From the IMG/VR virus record IMGVR_UViG_3300025674_000056, positions 1 through 53,365 of that record: a stretch of DNA of 53,365 nucleotides; one strand, 5' to 3'. This DNA is from a virus (lineage: Duplodnaviria; Caudoviricetes). A model generated the notes under the pieces. It was not told where the DNA came from. It worked only from the letters and a program-made list of their open reading frames with translations, and searched no databases. The first letter of the stretch is position 1; each line of letters begins with the position of its first letter. The position numbers were made by a program, and so were the translations under genes. Positions 37,509 through 46,740 of the stretch are shown here, one piece after another.

Positions 37509-40335
37509 TAGTTAAGAATGTGTAGTTATACTTTAGCATCTCCTCCGCAGTATTCCCTGAGGTAGGAATAAGAGTAATCTCGCTCGTATACCCTCCATTG
37601 ACAGAGACACTGTGAGTAACATTAGTAATTGTGTATATTCCCGTCAACCAATGAAAGGTGCCTGGGACGCGAGGCTCGGAGATCCAAATGGCGCACTCTC
37701 GCTTGCCCGTCTCGTATGCCAGAATATCCATCTCAGGAATACCAAGAGTTTTGAGCTTGATATCACTGACGTTCTTTTTGAACGCAAAGAGAGAACGCAT
37801 TTTCGCAGCCAATACAACGGCCTCTTCCGCTGACCCGTCTACCCCTAGCTTGGCTTGTAGCCGTGAAAGAGGAGCGTTAGTGACATAACGGAAGGAGGAT
37901 TCCTTGGTTATCTCCTCTCCGTCAACGTACATCTTCTGCCTCATACTGCCGAGATAAGAGCTTGAGATTTCAGGAAAGAAGATATCCATAAAACCTTTTT
38001 GTCTGATAAATGTAAGATCTTCTATAATCTGTTTCTTAATTTCCTCACGAGATAAATCGCTCAAAGCACTGTCAAGAACTTCATCATCTAGACCGTCTAC
38101 AATACGTGAAACTTGCGATATACTTTTTTCAGCAAGCCTCGCAGGGAATGCTTCGCTGGAGATAGTGCTGTCTAAAGTCTTTAGAGCTTTGGAGATTGCG
38201 ACTCCATCTCGATGCTGCTCAGGGGCGACAAGATTCGGAGCCGCTACACCTGCACGACCTGTAAGCGGGTTACCGAATACATCAGTCGTATTTGTAACAA
38301 GACCAAGGCTAAAGACTTGGCTCACAGCATCCCTATACCCAGAACTCTCAAATCTTTGAATCACATCGTACAGCTTTGGAGCCATAGTAGGCATAGTAAG
38401 CATGGTATTATAAAACGAATTTTTAGATATACGATGCTCTAGGCTGACAATAATATTATCCTTTCTTTGGTTGAATCCCGTCGCCAAAGAAATTACATCA
38501 GGACGGTTTTCAACCTGGATCGGGAAAGAATTAATATCTCTATTGAACTCCAGGGCTCTTTGAATTTTGGTAAGAGTTCCGATCATGCAGATAGTGTCAG
38601 CTTCATCCCAATTAACTTTGCCGATCACATCTTCAACCTCAGGTCGTAGTTTTTTAGGAACAACCGTTGTATCCAAGAACCGCATGTCAATATACTCACC
38701 CGCATTATCGAAGAATGTCTCGTTAAGACCGTCGATAAAGCCCCTTAAATGTGCGTACCTATCAGAGCACACAACGGATATGAAACTCCGGTCCTTGGCG
38801 GGCTCTTGCGGCTTCTCTACTTCATCAGCAGTATTCTCGTCAATCACCTTTTGATCTTCTGTACCTTGCTGAAGAGCATCACGAAGCTCGGCAGCCTTTT
38901 CAACAATCTCCCGATGCTTGGCCTCCATCTGATCTGCAAAGATCCTAAGGCTCGTGGCGAGTGTAGGGTTTAAGCTCAAGCTATAAAAATTGTTAGGGGC
39001 ACCTTCCGTGTAAGACTCCACAGCTAGGAACTGCTCTCTGAAAAACGTATCAGTGGTTTGAGAATCGAATCTCGACGGTGAATTAACGTAAGCGGTAAGA
39101 ACAGAATTTTGAAGGGTAGGGTCTGTAGGCAAATTCAAGAGTTTAACTCGACCACTATCAATTATTGACCGTAACTCATTTAAAGTAAATTCAAGAGGCA
39201 GGTTGAAATAGTCATCATTAACTAGCACATAACTTTGAATATCAGTCTCCTGAAGATTAAGCAGACCTGGATAAAGGTTTGCGAACGGGTGGAAGCGGTT
39301 CTTGTCGAGCACCCTAAACGGAGCTAAATTACCAAAAACCTGAAAGACTTCCTTGTCTGCAAGAATTGCGGCCTCTTTATTTCGATCTACCGCAAGAGCG
39401 TCCGTCTGTCCACCTGCCACACCGTTTTGATATTTGTTAGGCTTCTCAGCAGGGACTGTTGGATCCGAAGCTTCAGGGGGCTTTTCAATATCAGCAACAA
39501 AGTTTACATCCAGATACTCGAAATATTGCTTCGCGATATCAAGAGTGATTTGCTTGGATTTAGAGATCGTTGGATTAGCCCTGTCTTTTGGAGAGGTCGT
39601 TGCTTTTTCTTCAGGGGTAGGGATCTGTTTATTCGCGCCTGGGTGAATTTTATCAAACTCTTCATTGAGCGTTTGCTTATGTTCATCGCTAAGAAACACA
39701 TGTGTTTCTATCGCATCTCCCGCTGCTAACGTGCCCAACAGTTCAGAAATAATTTCCGCAGGAGGTCTCATTCCTGAATCGTTGGAAATTTTTACGCGGT
39801 ATGTATTGGTCTCTCCTTTCCTTCTTTTTGCAACCTGTCTTGTAATACCAATGCCGTGCTGATTCTGAAGTCTAAGCGTTATGATTCGTTCTTTCCTATC
39901 ACTGATATTAAACTGAACATCAATAATCTTAGTTTTATGAACATGCGAAAATGCGTTCTTAATATTCGCATCCCGATCAATATTATCGTTTTGATAACCC
40001 CAACGAAGGAATACGGTAGCGGCTTGCCCAGCACTAAACGTCCACTCCTCCGGCGTTGCCTCTTCAGATGCCCTCCATGTGCGTGGGTTAATGGCGCAGT
40101 ACCAACTAAAAATCTTTTCCTCGACCGCTTGCGACGGGTTAATTAGCTTTACATTGAATACGCCTGCCCCTCCTTTTCCTGCCAATGCGTAATCAAATGA
40201 CATAAACGAGTCCTTCAACTCAAAAGGATCTTGAATCCCCGTAAGAATTCCGTCCTCCAGAAGATCGAGAGGATCCCTTGAGAACTCCATGTAAAGCTTT
40301 ACAGGAGCAGTATTTCTATACCCAGGCGAAGACAT
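37498..40335 (-). CDS. Baseplate hub protein (gp27/gpD-like), enlarged
   Basis: Between gp53 and the spike. N-terminal 'FNVKLINP...VFLRWGY' and C-terminal 'LKTLGIPE...LTGIYTITNVTHSVS..GGYTSEITL'. Confidence 0.7.
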   Translation of the reverse strand: MSSPGYRNTAPVKLYMEFSRDPLDLLEDGILTGIQDPFELKDSFMSFDYALAGKGGAGVFNVKLINPSQAVEEKIFSWYCAINPRTWRASEEATPEEWTFSAGQAATVFLRWGYQNDNIDRDANIKNAFSHVHKTKIIDVQFNISDRKERIITLRLQNQHGIGITRQVAKRRKGETNTYRVKISNDSGMRPPAEIISELLGTLAAGDAIETHVFLSDEHKQTLNEEFDKIHPGANKQIPTPEEKATTSPKDRANPTISKSKQITLDIAKQYFEYLDVNFVADIEKPPEASDPTVPAEKPNKYQNGVAGGQTDALAVDRNKEAAILADKEVFQVFGNLAPFRVLDKNRFHPFANLYPGLLNLQETDIQSYVLVNDDYFNLPLEFTLNELRSIIDSGRVKLLNLPTDPTLQNSVLTAYVNSPSRFDSQTTDTFFREQFLAVESYTEGAPNNFYSLSLNPTLATSLRIFADQMEAKHREIVEKAAELRDALQQGTEDQKVIDENTADEVEKPQEPAKDRSFISVVCSDRYAHLRGFIDGLNETFFDNAGEYIDMRFLDTTVVPKKLRPEVEDVIGKVNWDEADTICMIGTLTKIQRALEFNRDINSFPIQVENRPDVISLATGFNQRKDNIIVSLEHRISKNSFYNTMLTMPTMAPKLYDVIQRFESSGYRDAVSQVFSLGLVTNTTDVFGNPLTGRAGVAAPNLVAPEQHRDGVAISKALKTLDSTISSEAFPARLAEKSISQVSRIVDGLDDEVLDSALSDLSREEIKKQIIEDLTFIRQKGFMDIFFPEISSSYLGSMRQKMYVDGEEITKESSFRYVTNAPLSRLQAKLGVDGSAEEAVVLAAKMRSLFAFKKNVSDIKLKTLGIPEMDILAYETGKRECAIWISEPRVPGTFHWLTGIYTITNVTHSVSVNGGYTSEITLIPTSGNTAEEMLKYNYTFLTNDN

Positions 40336-40640
40336 TATCTAATAATAGGAATATTAATTTGTTTTCCAGCAATTAATTCTGTCATTGGATCAATAATACC
40401 GTTCGCGGTACAAATTAACCACCATAACTTTTCTGATCCAAAAGCAGCTAACGCAATCAAGTCCGCGCGATTCTCCATATTCGCAGGAACAATCGCTACT
40501 TTATACTCATACGATTCTAGATCCTCCACCAAGAAACTCTTCCACTCCTTGGAATTTACCAAGTCCTGAAGAGGCTTGCCTCGATGGCTACGCTTGATCG
40601 AATCGAAAGTTGTGTATCGAGATGTGAATGCTTTTACCAT
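40335..40640 (-). CDS. gp53: Baseplate wedge protein (gp53, LysM-like)
   Basis: 'RADLIALAAFGSEKLWWLICTANGIIDP...GKQINIP'. Confidence 0.88.
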   Translation of the reverse strand: MVKAFTSRYTTFDSIKRSHRGKPLQDLVNSKEWKSFLVEDLESYEYKVAIVPANMENRADLIALAAFGSEKLWWLICTANGIIDPMTELIAGKQINIPIIR

Positions 40641-40641
40641 A

Positions 40642-42024
40642 TCAGCCTCCTAAGCCTCTACGACGGTTAGTAACGGGAAGAGTAGGGTTCGAAGTCTTGA
40701 TAACAAGATCAACGATCTGAGATGCGTCAGGCACTAGCTCGTTCACATCGCCATGATGGCTGCCGTTTGTTTGGTGGAACTCCTCTAACGTTAGCGAGAA
40801 CTTGACCTGACGAGGCATGAGAGTTCTGTACTCAAACCCTTTGTCTGTTGGGTAGTCAATGCTGAAGTTCTTAACAATGAACGGAGACTCGTTAAATACA
40901 GTACCGTGACGGAAGCGAACGATCGGAGGTCCTACGGGTCCTTTTGTAAGCTGATCGCCTACGACGCTGGCGCGAATCGTGTCGATTGCAAACTGTGTGT
41001 AGTAGGTTGCCATCATGCCATCGGATCCAAGATCTTCATCATTCTTTGATAATGCTCGTAGAAGACGCTGCTCGTTATCGTTTGTTTTGTTGTTGTTATA
41101 CCCGTCTTTTGGTTCCTGAAGCTGCGGCTCGTAAGCGCGAGGACCTGTGATCCTGTCTTTGTTAGTAAACGATAATCGAGATCCTGTATCAACTTCGAAT
41201 GAAGTTCCAAAGAACTTATCAAGGTATGCTTTTACAAACCTTCGATGGTCCCAGTGATTACCGCCCCGTAAAGGCTGTCCTTGAAGTCCTGCGATAGTTG
41301 AGCCCGCGCCCGTTTTAGGATTGCTCATAAATCCCGCCAGAGCAGCAGTATTACAGAGGCGGAAGAAGTACTCGATGTGAGGAATAGTGTACGTGAAATC
41401 AAGCTTCAGCTTACGAGCATCCGCTCCAGTGAATAGGCGTACAGGTTCATTTCTAGCGACGATGTTCTGGGATGAGTATCGCGAAGAGCGATCCTCGCGA
41501 ATCTTAGCGTTCTCAAAGAATGCGATACGACGAATACCGTCTCCGCTTCCCATTCGCGTATTTGGAAAGTAGAAATCAATGTAGGACCGCTCTTCCAAAA
41601 CGGAGTTGATCCGCACTTGAGGCTCTAAAATATCAACATCCCATACCCGCTGCTCATTTGCAGCCGCGTAACCGCCGAGCCCTGCGGCAATACCAAAACC
41701 AGCTAACCCAGCTACAGGAGGGGTTCCGTCTGTAAAACCATACCCTCTAGCTTTAGCCATGTCCTTGTACATTCCATACTCGTGAACACCTCCACCTTTC
41801 TTTTCGGGATCCCCGATATTAGCATAGTTATTATCCTTCTTGGCAAACGGACTAACATCAGCAATGAAGTCTGTAGCTACTCCAATCGCATTGTTCGCGA
41901 CTGCTCCAAGCCAAGCTTCACCAGTCTGTTTGAGGCCATTGAAAATAGCGTTACCGTCAGCACCAGCCCAGTTCTCGTCCTTGCCTTGTAGAATTTCTTT
42001 GATTCCTTTTTTAATTAAGGGCAT
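40642..42024 (-). CDS. Tail tube initiator / baseplate-tube junction protein (gp48/gp54-like)
   Basis: 'RNEPVRLFTGADARKLKLDF' and 'GPPIVRFRHG...IVKNFSIDY...PRQVKFSLTLEE'. Located between tape measure and gp53. Confidence 0.7.
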   Translation of the reverse strand: MPLIKKGIKEILQGKDENWAGADGNAIFNGLKQTGEAWLGAVANNAIGVATDFIADVSPFAKKDNNYANIGDPEKKGGGVHEYGMYKDMAKARGYGFTDGTPPVAGLAGFGIAAGLGGYAAANEQRVWDVDILEPQVRINSVLEERSYIDFYFPNTRMGSGDGIRRIAFFENAKIREDRSSRYSSQNIVARNEPVRLFTGADARKLKLDFTYTIPHIEYFFRLCNTAALAGFMSNPKTGAGSTIAGLQGQPLRGGNHWDHRRFVKAYLDKFFGTSFEVDTGSRLSFTNKDRITGPRAYEPQLQEPKDGYNNNKTNDNEQRLLRALSKNDEDLGSDGMMATYYTQFAIDTIRASVVGDQLTKGPVGPPIVRFRHGTVFNESPFIVKNFSIDYPTDKGFEYRTLMPRQVKFSLTLEEFHQTNGSHHGDVNELVPDASQIVDLVIKTSNPTLPVTNRRRGLGG

Positions 42025-42029
42025 GATAA

Positions 42030-44156
42030 TTACCTATTAGTTAGTCCAGTTTCGAACTCCATATCAGCGGCACCGCCAGTAAAGCTGCCTTGGCCGTTCA
42101 TGTAAATTCCCTCAGACATCTCAAGCTCGGCTTGCTGTAAAAGAAATGAGTCCTCCGCAATCGCCGCGATTCTTTCTAGAGTATCGTCCTGAACGACTCC
42201 TGGAACTACGCCAGAGGACAGTGCGGCGGGAGCCTCCGGGGGTGCGGGTGCGGGGGCTGGAGATGGGCTAGTGCTATCGCCTCCAAACAAGTAATCGTAG
42301 AAGGCTCCCATTGCCTTATCACCTCCAATACCTCCTGCGACGGCACCTACTCCCGTTCCAACTCCAGGGGCAACAGCGGTGCCTAGCGCACCTCCCCCGA
42401 TAGATCCGCCAAAAGCTCCCGCAGCACGGAACAAGCCGCGACCAAGACTACCGTCTTCCATCATCATCTCTTCAATTATGGGCAGCCCAGCACTGAGAAC
42501 GGGAACTCCTTTTAGATTTCTCATGGCAAAGCTTCCTGCTCTGCCAAGTTGTTTACCTGCGAAATCTTTTGCCCCGCCCAAGATGCGACCTGCGCCGCTA
42601 GTGAAGTTAGAGATACCTCCACCAATAAAGTTCTTTGCAGATGTAAACCCTCGACCGATAGAGCTTCCCATACGCGAGAATACGCCAGGCTTTTTCGGTC
42701 CAATGAAGCCGCCACCTTTGCCAAAAAGTCCCTTGAGCCCGCTGCCCATCCCTCTAATCATACCTCCGAGCGGGTTCAAGACGTTCGTAAGCATGCCAGC
42801 AAACAAGGCAGCAGTAAACGCCTTAAGACCTCTAACTGCCTCCATGGCACTAGAGCCCACAGTCTGTAGAGGAATATCAATGTCTGCGAACTTATCCAGG
42901 AAACCACCAAACTTTTCCCTGATCTCCTCGGCGGTAGGCATACCTTCACGGAAGGCTTCGGCGGTCGCTCCGATCGCGTCTATGTAAGACGGCGTAGCCG
43001 CCATCGCCATGTTAAAGTCCTTTAGAACCGTAGCAGCCTCAAGAGAAGCGCCAGTAACATTTTTCTGCGCGGTATCAAGCTCTTCTGCCGTCATCTTCTG
43101 GAAATTAAACATTTCCGCGAGAGGCGTGCCAGACCCAGCAAGTAAGTCGGCTGTTTGGAAGCTTTCTAGGGAGAACATGTCTCCGAGCATTTGCTGTAGT
43201 TGCTGAGAAAGCTGCTGTCCGGTAATTGCGTCTTGCCCAAGAATTTCCGTCTGGCCCATCGTGGCGATTGCGCCAACTGCCTCGGTCAGGAATTTCTCCA
43301 TCTGTCCCGCATCTCGAACATCAGTAGGCGCTTCAATACCTAACCTGCCTGCGACAGCAGGCATGTTCAGAAGAGCTTCAGGGCTAGTTAGAGCGCGAAT
43401 TAGATTAGCAGTACCCGCGCCTGGAGCCGCTGCCTCTGCGCCCGCAACGAACCTTTGAATCATGTTCGCAGTTTCGGAGCCAAACAGAGCAGTCTGCTGT
43501 CTCGTGGTCTTAGTGAAAGCATTAACCGCTTCAATAATTGAATCGGCCAGAATACCGTTTGACGACGCTAATCCTATGATATCGTTTCCAAACTCAATAG
43601 ACGCTTGAGATGACCTACCTAAAACGTTTGTTTGCGTAGCTAAAAATGTGTTTGTCGTCGCTAGGCTGTTGCCAAGACCCTGAGAGGTTGCAAGGAACTT
43701 CTGCGCTGTCTGGCCCGAATTCTTGATATTGGCGCGAATCGCGTCATCCAAGATCTTTGCCGTCTGCGTGTAGCTGATTCCGAACTTTCTAAATGTGCTG
43801 TTAACATCAGGAAGCCCAGTAACGATCTTACCCTGCTCATTGATCGTTTTGGTAGCTAGAAGTTGAGTTCGGTTTGTCGCGGCTGTGGAGCGCGCTAGAG
43901 TATTGCCAAACGTAATTGCATCGCTCGTAGCCTTTTGAAGTTGGCCTGCGGCGATATCAAAAGTCTTTCCAATACCCTTCGAAAGCCCGCCTTTAATACC
44001 TGCAACAATCTTCGAGCCTAGACCTACACCTCCAGCGCCGCCTCCACCACCACCGCTGTCCTTAGGTCCCGCTTTGGCTAATGCAGACTCAATGCTTTTG
44101 GCTAGATCATTATTGAGATTCTCAAAGAATTCTCTATCTGAGTTACTTAAATTCAT
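42030..44156 (-). CDS. Tail tape measure protein (putative)
   Basis: Ala/Gly-rich helical protein with a C-terminal glycine zipper, directly upstream of the tube initiator. Confidence 0.7.
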   Translation of the reverse strand: MNLSNSDREFFENLNNDLAKSIESALAKAGPKDSGGGGGGAGGVGLGSKIVAGIKGGLSKGIGKTFDIAAGQLQKATSDAITFGNTLARSTAATNRTQLLATKTINEQGKIVTGLPDVNSTFRKFGISYTQTAKILDDAIRANIKNSGQTAQKFLATSQGLGNSLATTNTFLATQTNVLGRSSQASIEFGNDIIGLASSNGILADSIIEAVNAFTKTTRQQTALFGSETANMIQRFVAGAEAAAPGAGTANLIRALTSPEALLNMPAVAGRLGIEAPTDVRDAGQMEKFLTEAVGAIATMGQTEILGQDAITGQQLSQQLQQMLGDMFSLESFQTADLLAGSGTPLAEMFNFQKMTAEELDTAQKNVTGASLEAATVLKDFNMAMAATPSYIDAIGATAEAFREGMPTAEEIREKFGGFLDKFADIDIPLQTVGSSAMEAVRGLKAFTAALFAGMLTNVLNPLGGMIRGMGSGLKGLFGKGGGFIGPKKPGVFSRMGSSIGRGFTSAKNFIGGGISNFTSGAGRILGGAKDFAGKQLGRAGSFAMRNLKGVPVLSAGLPIIEEMMMEDGSLGRGLFRAAGAFGGSIGGGALGTAVAPGVGTGVGAVAGGIGGDKAMGAFYDYLFGGDSTSPSPAPAPAPPEAPAALSSGVVPGVVQDDTLERIAAIAEDSFLLQQAELEMSEGIYMNGQGSFTGGAADMEFETGLTNR

Positions 44157-44668
44157 TGCCTAGTGTCTAACGAGCTTCGTAAGTATCCCGCATAGGTATC
44201 TAGGCGAACTTGCTTTAACTGGCGTAACTTGCTTCCACGCACATCGTACTTGCGAAAAATAGATGCTTCTTTCCCGCTAGGTAGATCTAGAGCAGATCGA
44301 ATCGCTGAATAACTGAGGCTCATCCCAGGACTCTCTTCAAAGATCTTCATAAGATCCTCAATCACTTTTAGACGACGCATAGGTGGAAGATAATTTAAAT
44401 TAAATCCATAGATGTAATTTTTGCCGTTCCTTGCTCTCCAGACCTTGCTTCCGCTTTTCACTGCTAGAAGAAGCAGAGGACTCTTATCCGTGTTTGAACG
44501 TTTTTTAGTTTTACTTGGCCCAAAGCTGTTATATCCGAACGAATAGAGCTGGCCCTCATACTTGGATATACGTTTAACGGACCCGATTCGATCCCCAGGC
44601 GTATTCTTTCGAAAGGTCAAGCTTGCCTGAACCCTCGCTTCTTTTTTTGGTTGTGATTTCTTCGCCAT
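44153..44668 (-). CDS. gp2: DNA end protector protein (T4 gp2-like)
   Basis: 'GQLYSFGY...DKSPLLL...YGFNLNYLPP..RLK..' and 'FRKY' match the gp2 pattern. Confidence 0.7.
   Translation of the reverse strand: MAKKSQPKKEARVQASLTFRKNTPGDRIGSVKRISKYEGQLYSFGYNSFGPSKTKKRSNTDKSPLLLLAVKSGSKVWRARNGKNYIYGFNLNYLPPMRRLKVIEDLMKIFEESPGMSLSYSAIRSALDLPSGKEASIFRKYDVRGSKLRQLKQVRLDTYAGYLRSSLDTRQ
44197..44203 (-). promoter_or_regulatory. Late-promoter-like motif CTAGATA upstream of the tape measure gene
   Basis: In the 3' end of the gp2-like gene, 40 nt upstream of ATG 44156. Confidence 0.4.
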
Positions 44669-44701
44669 TTTCGAGATGCCTCGGACTTTTATCTTATATA
44701 T

Positions 44702-44708
44702 TATTTAG
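44702..44708 (-). promoter_or_regulatory. Late-promoter-like motif CTAAATA
   Basis: AT-rich intergenic gap upstream of the gp2-like gene. Confidence 0.55.
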
Positions 44709-44710
44709 TT

Positions 44711-45013
44711 ATGACCTTGAACCTAGACGACAAGATGGAGCTTGAAGAGTTCCTAGAACAAGTGAACTATGCACTATCGCTGGAGTTCAAGGAAAAGTGG
44801 AGACATAGGTATTCTGAAGCTTTTATCAATATCTTCCAGTCTCAGCTTATTGGAGCTTTCGAAGATCAGAAACCAATAAAAATCTCTCAGCTAGAACATG
44901 CCTTTACCAATAAGAATGGTTACGACATTGTTCTAGTGAGAGATTTTTTCAGAACAATAGATATTGCTTTATATTACCCTATTGTTTACCGAGACTCTTC
45001 TTTTTTTCAATAG
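44711..45013 (+). CDS. Hypothetical protein (about 100 aa)
   Basis: Occupies otherwise empty space between gp2 and the nuclease. Protein-like helical composition. Confidence 0.65.
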   Translation: MTLNLDDKMELEEFLEQVNYALSLEFKEKWRHRYSEAFINIFQSQLIGAFEDQKPIKISQLEHAFTNKNGYDIVLVRDFFRTIDIALYYPIVYRDSSFFQ

Positions 45014-45755
45014 CCTCTTCCAGCATCTTCGGAGTTCCGCCATACTTAGGACAGAGGTTCTTGTAACCACACCAGTCGCAGAACTGGTTTACTCTCGGCT
45101 TGAATTCGTCAGCTTTCTTTTTTCGGATTCGCCACTTTTTTTCGTCTAGTCTCCGCAAAAAAGCTGTAATGTGGCTAGGCAGGTACTTGATGGTCACCAG
45201 ATTACCAGTGAGAGGGTAGTAGTGTGCCACGGTGATGTTACGAACATCGCACTTGTACATCTTGGCGATGGCCGCTGTATAGATCATTAGCTGCGGGTCG
45301 TTGTAAAGCTCTCGCTTCGTCTTCTCGCGCTTGGAGGTCTTATAGTCGATGACGAGGTAACCGCCCTCAGAGCCCTTCACAACGCGGTCAATGATCCCGT
45401 TAACCTCAAGGTCAGCAATAACCTCCACCTTGAACTTCATCTCCGTAGAGACGCTCTCAGTGAGTGCTCCGTTGAACTTGTGGAAGTTCTTGACGCATTT
45501 GACGATATCATCCTCACGACCCGTGAACTGGTAACTATTACGGAGTCGGGTGGCATGCTCCATTAGTTCTTCCACTGACTCCGCGTCCACGCCATCCTCA
45601 AAGATTTTGTGAATATATGAGCCGAATTGAAGTGCGTCCGTAGACAACCCCTCATTATACTCCTCTGGGAGGTAGTGGATGTACTTGTAGCGATACTTCT
45701 GCTCGCATTCGTCGAAAGTGTTCAGTTTTGAGGGGGAAAAGCCTTTTATATACAT
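44979..45755 (-). CDS. PD-(D/E)XK exonuclease, Cas4/RecB/AddB-like with 1+3 Cys (Fe-S) motif
   Basis: SPSKL..F..C, G..IH, GIIDRV, IDYKTS, QL.IY and CDWC.YK..CP. Start is more likely ATG 45755 (MYIKGFSPS) than 45911. Confidence 0.88.
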   Translation of the reverse strand: MYIKGFSPSKLNTFDECEQKYRYKYIHYLPEEYNEGLSTDALQFGSYIHKIFEDGVDAESVEELMEHATRLRNSYQFTGREDDIVKCVKNFHKFNGALTESVSTEMKFKVEVIADLEVNGIIDRVVKGSEGGYLVIDYKTSKREKTKRELYNDPQLMIYTAAIAKMYKCDVRNITVAHYYPLTGNLVTIKYLPSHITAFLRRLDEKKWRIRKKKADEFKPRVNQFCDWCGYKNLCPKYGGTPKMLEEAIEKKKSLGKQ

Positions 45756-46740
45756 GATGCTGCCTTCTAGTGTTATTAAAGAGTACCTGCTCGCGAAGTT
45801 CCCCGTAAATAAGGTCTTTGCTTCAGAATTTACTACAAACTCCATCTTTGTACCAGATGAGAAAATGCATTTATCCGTCAACTTGGAGTCTGGGCTTTGG
45901 CAAGATTTCAAGTCTCAGGAGAAGGGTAACTTTCCGCAGCTTGTAGCTGCCGTCGAGGATATTCCTTATGACCAAGCTCTCAAGTATCTACGTAGCAAGT
46001 TGTTCGACACCCCTGAACACCTTTTTGAAATCTCATCTATTCGCGTAGAGAACCAGAAGCCGACTCAGGAAAACACAGTCTCAGAGATTGTGAAGGGCTT
46101 TCAAAAGTTTGATCCAAAAAGTATTAACCCTAACAATCTCACAGAGCGGCTCGCCAGGAAGTTCATCTACTCTCGCAAGCTTCAGGACTTCAACTTCTAT
46201 CTCGCCACGCGGGGACGGTACGCGAACCGAATCATTATCCCGTATCAGGACAAGCGAGAGCGTATCTTCTACTTTCAGGCACGCAATCTGAGCATCATGG
46301 GCATGAAGTACCTGAACCCTTCTCGTCAAGTTACGGGTGTGAAGTCGTCCGAGATCCTGTACCCGTTTGAGCGCGATGCAGACTACGTGTTCATCACCGA
46401 AGGACCTATCGACGCCATGTCGCTACAGGCAAATGGAATCAATGCCACTTGTACTCAGGGAAGCCACCTCTCCATGGCTCAAGCACAGGAGATCAAGGAC
46501 AAGCAGATCATCTTTGCCTATGACAACGACGAGGCTGGTAAGATGGGTATTCAGCAAGCACGCAAGGCTCTTCTCAAGAAGAACAAGAACGACTTCTGCA
46601 TCTGCTCTCTGCCTGACGGCGTGAAGGACTGGAACGAGCTTCACATCGCGTGTGAGAACTCAAGGCAGTTCACGACGGCCATCAAGAATGGTCTCAAGGT
46701 CGTGGACTTCGAGTATGATATCACCGAAGCACTAAGTTGA
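45754..46740 (+). CDS. DNA primase (DnaG/TOPRIM type)
   Basis: RIIIP, FQAR, KYLNP, ITEGPIDAMS, YDND.AG and KDWNE. Start is more likely ATG 45754 than GTG 45718. Confidence 0.92.
   Translation: MMLPSSVIKEYLLAKFPVNKVFASEFTTNSIFVPDEKMHLSVNLESGLWQDFKSQEKGNFPQLVAAVEDIPYDQALKYLRSKLFDTPEHLFEISSIRVENQKPTQENTVSEIVKGFQKFDPKSINPNNLTERLARKFIYSRKLQDFNFYLATRGRYANRIIIPYQDKRERIFYFQARNLSIMGMKYLNPSRQVTGVKSSEILYPFERDADYVFITEGPIDAMSLQANGINATCTQGSHLSMAQAQEIKDKQIIFAYDNDEAGKMGIQQARKALLKKNKNDFCICSLPDGVKDWNELHIACENSRQFTTAIKNGLKVVDFEYDITEALS

Noticed and set aside
1991-44156. Extracellular contractile injection system or tailocin
   Set aside because: Capsid, portal, protease, scaffold and neck genes are present, so this is a complete phage morphogenesis module.
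44979-45755. Cas4-like nuclease as evidence of a CRISPR-Cas system
   Set aside because: No repeat-spacer array or other cas gene is visible. Solo Cas4/RecB-like nucleases are common in phages.
45756-45911. N-terminal extensions given by the ORF track for the nuclease (from 45911) and primase (from 45718)
   Set aside because: They would overlap the opposite gene extensively and lack conserved-looking sequence. Family motifs begin just after the ATGs at 45755 and 45754.
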